Positions 46,016 to 53,190 of a stretch of DNA of 56,001 bases are shown in pieces. The DNA is from a virus (Duplodnaviria; Caudoviricetes). The stretch is from IMG/VR virus record IMGVR_UViG_3300020057_000388, positions 1 to 56,001 of that record; one strand, given 5' to 3'. The notes beneath the pieces are model-generated. The model saw only the letters and a list, made by a program, of their open reading frames with translations. It made no database searches and was not told where the DNA came from. Positions within the stretch are counted from its first letter, which is position 1, and every line of letters starts with the position of its first letter. A program made the translations under genes and the position numbers.

Positions 46016-47008
46016 ATGTCTGACCTGCTCGAAATCTTTGCCGTCGACGAGAAACAGTCGCGCGAGTTCTCCACTGTCCTCGCCGACAAGAACGGCGTGC
46101 ACCCGACGCTGCTGACGGCAAAAATGCGGCTGTATAACGCCGACCTTGAAAGTGACGACTCCGCGTTCATCATCAACGCGCGGGACGGCGCGAGCGGGGC
46201 AAACGCCAACGTGCTGCAAGCGGGTGGCTGCACGTACGACAGCGGAACCGGCCTGTTCACCTGGAACATCACGGCCGCGGACACCACGATCGCGGATCAG
46301 AACACGACCACGGTGCTGTATATCGCCGAGGTCGAATACACCTATGGCGTCAAGAACGGCGGTTTTCGAGTCGGCCTGCGAGTCACCAACTGGCTCGCAG
46401 GCGGGCTCACCCTCTGCGATCGCAACGACGTGCTGCGGCACCCGTCGATGAAGGCGGAACGTGACTCGCTGGTCGAGGATACGGCGGTCACCGAGCACAT
46501 CGAAAACCTGATTGCGGCGGTGTCGGGTCACGTCGAGAAACGCACCGACCGCGTGCTGCGTCGCAAGACGTACACGCATACGCTGGACGTCGAGCCTGGC
46601 AGCCGGTCGATCCGACTGCGCGGGTACCCGATCGTCTCGATTGCGTCGATCAAGGAATCGTCGACCGGCGACTTTGCCGGCACGACCGCGAAGGACACGA
46701 GCGAATGGGCGATGCTCGACGAGGGCCGCTTCGGTGAGGTCGGGCTGCGCGCTGGCTGCTTCGTCGGTGGCATCGCGTCCGTACAGGTCGAGTACCGTGG
46801 CGGCATCGCGTCGCGCGTCGAGCTGGTGGACCCGACCACGCGCTATGCCGTCGCGGATCAGGTCGCGTTCATGTTCCGCCGCGGCACCAAGGTCGAGCTA
46901 GCGTCGGAAGGTCAGCCGCAGGGCTCGGCCTCGTTCCTGGTGGCAAAGGACTACACGCCGCTATTCGCGATGGCACTGGCAAGCCTGATGCCCCCCGGCA
47001 TCGCGTAG
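46016..47008 (+). CDS. Head-tail connector with extra N-terminal Ig-like domain
   Basis: C-half LIAAVSGHVEKRTDR...LRGYPIVSIASI...VQVEYRGG is typical of gp6/gp15-like adaptors. Confidence 0.7.
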   Translation: MSDLLEIFAVDEKQSREFSTVLADKNGVHPTLLTAKMRLYNADLESDDSAFIINARDGASGANANVLQAGGCTYDSGTGLFTWNITAADTTIADQNTTTVLYIAEVEYTYGVKNGGFRVGLRVTNWLAGGLTLCDRNDVLRHPSMKAERDSLVEDTAVTEHIENLIAAVSGHVEKRTDRVLRRKTYTHTLDVEPGSRSIRLRGYPIVSIASIKESSTGDFAGTTAKDTSEWAMLDEGRFGEVGLRAGCFVGGIASVQVEYRGGIASRVELVDPTTRYAVADQVAFMFRRGTKVELASEGQPQGSASFLVAKDYTPLFAMALASLMPPGIA

Positions 47009-47009
47009 G

Positions 47010-47696
47010 GTGGCGTCCGTATACGCGGGTGCGGCGTCGTTTCGCGTCGACACCGCAGAGCTGGAACAGCTCGTCGCGGATTTCCACGACGGCGCCGTCA
47101 TCCTGCGTCAAGCGGTGCTGACCGTCACGCAGAAGCGCATCCGCATCGCCGAGCGTGAAGCCGTACAGAAGGCGTCGGGTCGACTCGTTGACCTAGCGCA
47201 AGGTCGGGAAATCCATCGGCGCACGGGTCGACTCGCGGCGTCGATCTCGTCGCGCGTTGAGCAGGAAGCAGCGGCAGTGTTCGCCCGGCTCGGGCTGCTG
47301 ACGGGCGGTGACCTGCTGGCGTACGCGGCCATTCAGGAATTCGGCGGCACGGTCCGACCGAAGCGCGCGAAGGTGCTGACCATCCCGCTCGCGGCGGCGC
47401 TGACCCCGGCTGGTGTGCCGCGCTTCACGGCGCGCGAGGCGTCCGAGCAGTACCTGACGTTTTGGCACAAGCAGCAGGACGGCGACCTGATTCTGTACGG
47501 CTACAAGGGCGGCGGCAAGAACGTGAAGGAACGGCAGCTGGTGCCGCTGTTCCTCGGCGTCACGCAGGTGACGATCAAGCCGGCGTACTTCCTGACCAGC
47601 AGCATGAACAACGCAGCCGATGCCATTCAGGCCGAGCTGCAAGCGAACATCGCCGGGCAGCTGCTCGGTCAGCAACGTGGAGGGGTGCGCGGGTGA
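47010..47696 (+). CDS. Neck/tail-completion protein (HK97 gp10-like)
   Basis: RTGRLAASI, YAAIQEFGG, KPAYFL. Confidence 0.8.
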   Translation: MASVYAGAASFRVDTAELEQLVADFHDGAVILRQAVLTVTQKRIRIAEREAVQKASGRLVDLAQGREIHRRTGRLAASISSRVEQEAAAVFARLGLLTGGDLLAYAAIQEFGGTVRPKRAKVLTIPLAAALTPAGVPRFTAREASEQYLTFWHKQQDGDLILYGYKGGGKNVKERQLVPLFLGVTQVTIKPAYFLTSSMNNAADAIQAELQANIAGQLLGQQRGGVRG

Positions 47697-48163
47697 AACG
47701 AGCGATCAAGAATCTGATCCTAGACGCCGTGGTGGCGCAGCTGGCAGCGGGCACGTATCCAAAGCCGCTCGCGGTCTGCAAGCGGGGCAACCCGAACGCG
47801 GTGCAAGCCAAGGGTCGGCCGCAACCGGCCATCTACGTGTACGGCGCGGTGCGCACGTCCGATGTCGTCGCGAACCCGCTGCAGTTCAACGAAATGGAAA
47901 TCGTCGTTGTGTGCCTCGCGATGGCGACCGAGGACACGCAAGAGGATGTCGGCAACGAGTACGAGGCGAGCATCGAGGAGGCGCTGGCCGACGACAACGC
48001 GCTGATCATCGACCTAGGTGACGGCGTGAAGATCGGCGCGGATGTTCAGCTGCTCGGCGGTCGCGTGATTGCCGGCGGCGAGCAGCCCGCGCAGGCGTGC
48101 GTGACGGCCATCTACAAGGTCGCGTACTCGACCGGCCTCGGTACCCCGCGGGGCATGCGTTGA
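47693..48163 (+). CDS. Putative tail terminator protein
   Basis: Position and size; PAIYVY pattern. Confidence 0.6.
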   Translation: MKRAIKNLILDAVVAQLAAGTYPKPLAVCKRGNPNAVQAKGRPQPAIYVYGAVRTSDVVANPLQFNEMEIVVVCLAMATEDTQEDVGNEYEASIEEALADDNALIIDLGDGVKIGADVQLLGGRVIAGGEQPAQACVTAIYKVAYSTGLGTPRGMR

Positions 48164-48909
48164 GCGAGGAGCTGGTCAAGGGCCTGTCGGTCGTGACGCT
48201 CTCGTACAAGCGGCCCGACCTGTTCGCGCAGCTCGCGGACAATCTGCCGCAAGGCGACGACATCATCGTTGAGAGAATCGTTGTGAATAACGGTGGTGAC
48301 GAGGGCACCAACCGGGCGGCGGATCGCCGCGGCTGGACGGTGCTCGAACCGGGGTGCAACCTCAGTTTCTCCGAGGGCTGCAACTACGGCGTGGCCGAGT
48401 CGGTGTCGACGCACGTGCTGCTCGTCAGCAACGACGCCGTCGTGACGCCCGAGGCGGTGCGCACGCTCTGGTTGCACCGCTCGCGTCCGCTGATCGCGCC
48501 GATGATCCTGAACAGCGACGGGACGGTCAACTTTGCCGGCGGGGCGATCCAATCACCGAGCTGGGCGCCGGTGCATATCGACCGCGGCAAGAACCCGGAC
48601 ACGCTCGATCAGCGGCCCCGCTTCTGCCCGTGGCTGACGGGCGCCTGCATCATGGTTGCGCGCGACCTGTGGGACGACTTGGGCGGAATGTCTGAAGCGT
48701 TCCCGCGGTACGTCGGACACCAAGACACTGACTTTTCGCTGCGCGCCCTGGAGCGCGGAATCATGCCGATGGTCGTCATGGAAGCGCGAATCACGCATGA
48801 CGAGTTCGGCAGCCGCAGCCCGAACGACGAAGGCGAGGGCGGAAAGGTGTTCTCGGAACGCTGGTACACGAACCAGCGCCTACAGCGCGCGCTCGGCGTC
48901 TACGAGTGA
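48160..48909 (+). CDS. Glycosyltransferase family 2
   Basis: LSVVTLSY, VVNNG, NLSFSEGCNYG, TGACIMV, DTDFSLR. Confidence 0.9.
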   Translation: MSEELVKGLSVVTLSYKRPDLFAQLADNLPQGDDIIVERIVVNNGGDEGTNRAADRRGWTVLEPGCNLSFSEGCNYGVAESVSTHVLLVSNDAVVTPEAVRTLWLHRSRPLIAPMILNSDGTVNFAGGAIQSPSWAPVHIDRGKNPDTLDQRPRFCPWLTGACIMVARDLWDDLGGMSEAFPRYVGHQDTDFSLRALERGIMPMVVMEARITHDEFGSRSPNDEGEGGKVFSERWYTNQRLQRALGVYE

Positions 48910-49949
48910 TCGCCGTCGATTGGAAGTCCGAGCCGGTCCAGCCGCAAGGCGGCAATGACACTGGGTACCTGACCGCGAACCGCTGCATGCGAGACGCGGT
49001 GCAAGCAGCCGGCGTTGTCATCGACCCGATGGCGCAACTGTCGGTGTCGTTTGAAACCCCGCTTACGTATCGCCGCGCGCGTTCCGGCTCGAAGCTCGAA
49101 GTGCTCTACACCATGTGGGAATCACCCGACTTCCCGCTGAGCGTGCGCCCGGAGCTCGACCAGGCGGACGTCGTCCTGGTGCCGTCTACGTTCTGCCGCG
49201 ACCTGCTGGCGCCGTACACGAAGCGTCGCCCGCTCATTGTGCCGCTCGGCTTCGACCCCGCGACGTTCTCACCCCCCGCAACGGATCGTGAGTGGAAGCG
49301 GGGCGAGTCCTTCCAGTGGCTGATGGTCGGCGCCCCGAATGCTCGCAAAGGCTGGGATGTCGTCGAAGACATCTGGGATCAGACGCCCTACGGTCACCGC
49401 GAGGATTCACACCTGTACGCCAAAACGGTGATGACGCGCTCCGCGATCACCGCGGCCGTGAACGACGGTTGGGAAATGCAGGAATCCGGCGTGCTCACCA
49501 AGCGGCGCATCGTGCTCGATCCGCGCCGGCTGCCGGTCGCGCTGCTGGCCGAGACGTATCGTAGGTCACACGCGTTCCTATTCCCGACGGCGGGCGAGGG
49601 CTGGGGCCTGACGCTGCTCGAAGCAATGGCAACCGGCTTGCCCTGTATCGCGACGCGGTACAGCGGGCTGCTCGACTTCACGAACCCTGACACCGTTCGC
49701 TATGTCGACTGGAAGCCGGTAGCCACCGGCATGGGCGTCGATGGCGACATCGTCAACAGTGCGCTGGCCGACTTAAACCAGGTCGTCGAGCACATGGCGA
49801 GCATTCAGCATCAGTATCGCGCAGCGGTCCGCATGGGGAAGCGGGCCGCACGCGACGTGCGACAGCGGTTCACCTGGCAGCATGCGGGTGCAGCGCTCGC
49901 CCGCACACTCTCCGACATCGCCGCAAGACGCTCTACGTTCACATTGTAG
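48906..49949 (+). CDS. Glycosyltransferase family 4 (GT-B)
   Basis: RKG, EGWGLTLLEAMATGLPCI. Confidence 0.92.
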   Translation: MIAVDWKSEPVQPQGGNDTGYLTANRCMRDAVQAAGVVIDPMAQLSVSFETPLTYRRARSGSKLEVLYTMWESPDFPLSVRPELDQADVVLVPSTFCRDLLAPYTKRRPLIVPLGFDPATFSPPATDREWKRGESFQWLMVGAPNARKGWDVVEDIWDQTPYGHREDSHLYAKTVMTRSAITAAVNDGWEMQESGVLTKRRIVLDPRRLPVALLAETYRRSHAFLFPTAGEGWGLTLLEAMATGLPCIATRYSGLLDFTNPDTVRYVDWKPVATGMGVDGDIVNSALADLNQVVEHMASIQHQYRAAVRMGKRAARDVRQRFTWQHAGAALARTLSDIAARRSTFTL

Positions 49950-50275
49950 CTTGGGAAGAAAAGCACGGCCCGGTTCCAGACGGTCAGCAACTGAACCACG
50001 GATGCAACGTGGCGAATTGCGTACGCGATGGCGCTGGTCACCTCTACCTAGGCACCCAGCAACAAAATTGCGCTGACCGTGAAGCAGCGGGACGAACAAA
50101 CCCGCCGCGTGGCGAGGCGCACTACCGCAGCACACTCGTCGAATCTCAGGTGCTGGAGATTCGCCGCCGGGCTCTGACGGAAACACACCAGGGCCTCGCA
50201 ACCGAGTTCGGCGTGAGCCGCGCGCACGTGACGACGATTTTGTCGAGGCGTGTCTGGAAGCACCTTCCTCTCTGA
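49921..50275 (+). pseudogene. 5'-truncated HNH endonuclease
   Basis: Frame YVHIVAWEEKHGPVPDG...HLYLGTQQQN...LATEFGVS overlaps the GT4 3' end and lacks its own N-terminus. Confidence 0.65.
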
Positions 50276-50361
50276 ACCAACCTCGCCCGCAGCACTAACC
50301 ACAACCGAATACGAATAATCGTCGGACTCGTATAGTCCGGGAGGATAGCATCATCGCAGAC

Positions 50362-51351
50362 ATGCTCGTCAATACTGTAGCGTTCAACTCGCTACTGGAA
50401 GGGACATACGCAGGCGGCACCCCTGAAACGACTGCGTTCAGTTCCCCGTCTTACCTGTTCCGCAATTCGCAGATCGTGCAGGTGCAGACGGATTTCATCG
50501 ACCCGCAGATCCTGAAGGCGTCGCAGACTCCGGTCGGCTTTGCCATCGGTCGGCAGCTGCAGATTTTCACGCCCGGCATGCTGCTCATGGGTCACAACAA
50601 CGCAGCCAGCACGTACCGTCTGGGCAAGCTGTTTCAAGTCTGCGGCGCGGCCGAAACGCTCGTGCATGCGTCCTCGGTAATCTACAAGCCGCGGTCGAGC
50701 GGCTGGGCATCGGGTGCGATCTCGGTGCACGAGCAGGCCGAGACGGGCAACGGCGTGCTGTACCGTGCGGTCGGCTGTCGCGGCAACATGGTGATTGCCG
50801 GCTCGGCCGGTCAGCTCGTCACCGTCGACCCGACCATCACGGGTCTGTACGCCGCGCCGATCGCGCAGGCGATTCCGACGTTCCCGGTCCCGCTGCAGCC
50901 TGGCGGCTACATCGCCGAGACGATGAAAAGCGCCAACCTGCTGATTGATCCGCTTGGCGCGGACGCAGCGGTGACGCCGTACCTCAAGTCCTTCTCGTTC
51001 GACTTCGGTCAGACCATTTCCGAGGTCAAGGACGCGAACGCGGCGGATGGCCTGTCCGCGCTCCGCTTCACGGCGCGGCAGTCCAAGCTGCAGCTCGTCG
51101 TCGGCCTCGACTCGGCGCAAGCCGTAACGTGGTTCAAGAACCTGAAGGCCGGCACTGACGAGTACCACACGGTCAGCTTTCAGCACGGCTCGTCCACGCC
51201 GGGTGGTCGCAAAATCAAGTTCGTATTCAACGGACAGCTGGAGGACGTGCCGAAGGCGGATGACGCTGGACTGCGTACCGCCACACTCACCTATCGACTG
51301 ATGCACCCGACGGTGGACGAGGGCGAGTGGGAAATCCACTGCCAGCCGTAA
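50362..51351 (+). CDS. Major tail tube protein
   Basis: Size and position before chaperones and tape measure; GCRGN, SFSFDFG motifs; strong SD. Confidence 0.8.
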   Translation: MLVNTVAFNSLLEGTYAGGTPETTAFSSPSYLFRNSQIVQVQTDFIDPQILKASQTPVGFAIGRQLQIFTPGMLLMGHNNAASTYRLGKLFQVCGAAETLVHASSVIYKPRSSGWASGAISVHEQAETGNGVLYRAVGCRGNMVIAGSAGQLVTVDPTITGLYAAPIAQAIPTFPVPLQPGGYIAETMKSANLLIDPLGADAAVTPYLKSFSFDFGQTISEVKDANAADGLSALRFTARQSKLQLVVGLDSAQAVTWFKNLKAGTDEYHTVSFQHGSSTPGGRKIKFVFNGQLEDVPKADDAGLRTATLTYRLMHPTVDEGEWEIHCQP

Positions 51352-51372
51352 CACGCTGACGATGATTGTTGC

Positions 51373-51414
51373 GCCGGGGCTCCCTTCGGGGGGCCTCGGC
51401 CTCTTTCGTCGTTT
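51373..51414 (+). terminator. Intrinsic terminator after tail tube gene
   Basis: GC stem with cTTCGg loop followed by T-rich tail. Confidence 0.6.
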
Positions 51415-51458
51415 CTACTCCAACGCAGCACAACCAAAGCAATAGAGGAGCTGACATC

Positions 51459-51950
51459 ATGGGTGGTTTTCTTTCTGGTGCGATCGACGAGAGTCCGAAG
51501 GTCGAGCGCGTGGTGGATTGCGGGGAGGGTTTCAAGGTCACGATCAACTGGCTGCCGGTCGCGACGCGCGACAAGCTCTCGGATGACGGCACCAAGGTCA
51601 AGCGCAGTAAGCTCGTGAGTGATCGCGAGGGCTACGCCAGGACGTGGTGCAAGGCCGTGGTGCGGGACTGGACCGGACTGACCCCTGACGTGTTCCTCAA
51701 CAAGCTGAAGCTCTACGTCAAGCCGTCGAAAAAGGCTGCCGTCGATCAGGTGTTCAAGGACAACGGCGGCGAGTATCCGTATTCGTTCGAGGACGCGCAG
51801 ATCATTTTCCTGAACGCGCTCCCCGACTACTTCGCGACGCCGATCCGCAACGCGATCGCCGAGATGGACGAGAACGACCGCGACGACGTCGAATCGGAGG
51901 ACTCGAAAAGCGCTCCGGCTGTTCGGGTATCTCAAGCGGGCGCTGCCTAA
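51459..51950 (+). CDS. Tail assembly chaperone (G-like)
   Basis: VRDWTGL motif; directly after tail tube. Confidence 0.75.
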   Translation: MGGFLSGAIDESPKVERVVDCGEGFKVTINWLPVATRDKLSDDGTKVKRSKLVSDREGYARTWCKAVVRDWTGLTPDVFLNKLKLYVKPSKKAAVDQVFKDNGGEYPYSFEDAQIIFLNALPDYFATPIRNAIAEMDENDRDDVESEDSKSAPAVRVSQAGAA

Positions 51951-51972
51951 ATCCTGCACCGAATGTGAGGAT

Positions 51973-52332
51973 ATGGCTGAACGCAAAGTCGGCCCGGTCC
52001 TCACAGGTCCGAACGGGGAGGAAGTGCCCTGCGTGCCCTGCTGTGAATCGCAGCACCCCGTCGGCACTGAATGCGACGAGTGCCCCTTCCAGCAGGCAGG
52101 CGAACCAGGCGACCGCCTACAGCGGTTGTTCTACGCCAGCGCAGAGGCACACCCCGTCGACCACAAGCACCCTGACGGGGCGAAAAAATGGCACCTCGAT
52201 CGCAACGGAATCGAGATGGCATTCAACGTCTACGAAATTACTGAGAAGCCACGCGCGTACGAGCTCCTGCAGCACGCGTGCGCCGTGATGAACGGTGACG
52301 AAGAACCACCCGAAGCGCCGGAGGAAACGTGA
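51973..52332 (+). CDS. Tail assembly chaperone T-like segment
   Basis: Cys-rich; frame is open upstream into the end of the G gene. Confidence 0.6.
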   Translation: MAERKVGPVLTGPNGEEVPCVPCCESQHPVGTECDECPFQQAGEPGDRLQRLFYASAEAHPVDHKHPDGAKKWHLDRNGIEMAFNVYEITEKPRAYELLQHACAVMNGDEEPPEAPEET

Positions 52333-52697
52333 GCCTGAAAGACGCCCTGTCCGAACCTCCTGCGTCAGCGCCTCGGGTGGTCCCTATCGTGAACGGTTTT
52401 GCGGTGACGGTAAGCTGTCCGTCACCGCAGACGTTCATCCGCATCGAATCACTGCCGCCGCTCGAAGCGCTGGCAGTCGAAGCGCAGAGTATCCTGCGCG
52501 GATGGGATGGCCTGACGCCGTCCGTACTGCTCGACGATCTCGGGCTGCCGATGGGTCGCGCCGGTCGTGAGCAGCTACACCGCGACGTCGCCAAAACCGG
52601 CGGTGTCGTCCCGTACGTTATGCGCACGGGTGTCATGGTGTGGCTCTACGCTGACGACGCCGCGTTCCGGTCGATCGTGTTAGCGGCGCTGCGCTAA
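52329..52697 (+). CDS. Chaperone-like paralogue
   Basis: GFAVTV...LRGWDGLTPSVLL resembles GFKVTI...VRDWTGLTPDVFL of 51459-51950. Confidence 0.55.
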   Translation: MSLKDALSEPPASAPRVVPIVNGFAVTVSCPSPQTFIRIESLPPLEALAVEAQSILRGWDGLTPSVLLDDLGLPMGRAGREQLHRDVAKTGGVVPYVMRTGVMVWLYADDAAFRSIVLAALR

Positions 52698-53099
52698 AAA
52701 CGAGTCAAATAGCTTCATCCAGTCTTCCTGTGTTCGCATCTGCCACAAGCAAGACTGAACACAGGCAAGGTCGCTAACCTTGCCGGCATCCTTCAGCGCC
52801 TCTCGAAAACTCCCCTTGGCGTACGCGGCAAGGGCCTGCGGCTGTTCACACTCGTACTCGTACTTGTGTCGACGGCACTCGAGGGCGTCCCTTAGCCGCG
52901 CCACTGCGATGTCGCATAGCTGCTCGGCGCTCCAGCAGGCGCGGTTCGCTGCTCGGGCGCGGGCTTCATCCGCCCGCTTGCCGTCAGCCCACATGCTTCG
53001 GCCGGTGAATATGACGGCAGCCACGATGAACGCAGCCGTGACGGCCTTAAACAGCTTCGCGTCGCGCAGCACCTGCTGACTCGGAGTTAGATCGGTCAT
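52680..53099 (-). CDS. Antisense moron membrane protein
   Basis: Single TM helix, Cys-rich; TTGACA and TATTAT boxes upstream. Confidence 0.6.
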   Translation of the reverse strand: MTDLTPSQQVLRDAKLFKAVTAAFIVAAVIFTGRSMWADGKRADEARARAANRACWSAEQLCDIAVARLRDALECRRHKYEYECEQPQALAAYAKGSFREALKDAGKVSDLACVQSCLWQMRTQEDWMKLFDSFLAQRR

Positions 53100-53190
53100 C
53101 GGGTCAACCCCATAATACAACGGTTGTCGTTTTGTCAAGACACCGCCCCGCTTCACCGCTGTTCCCTCTGCTGTCTACCGAGCGAGTGCC

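Noticed and set aside
50392-51354. 320-aa minus-strand ORF
   Set aside because: Shadow of the tail tube gene.
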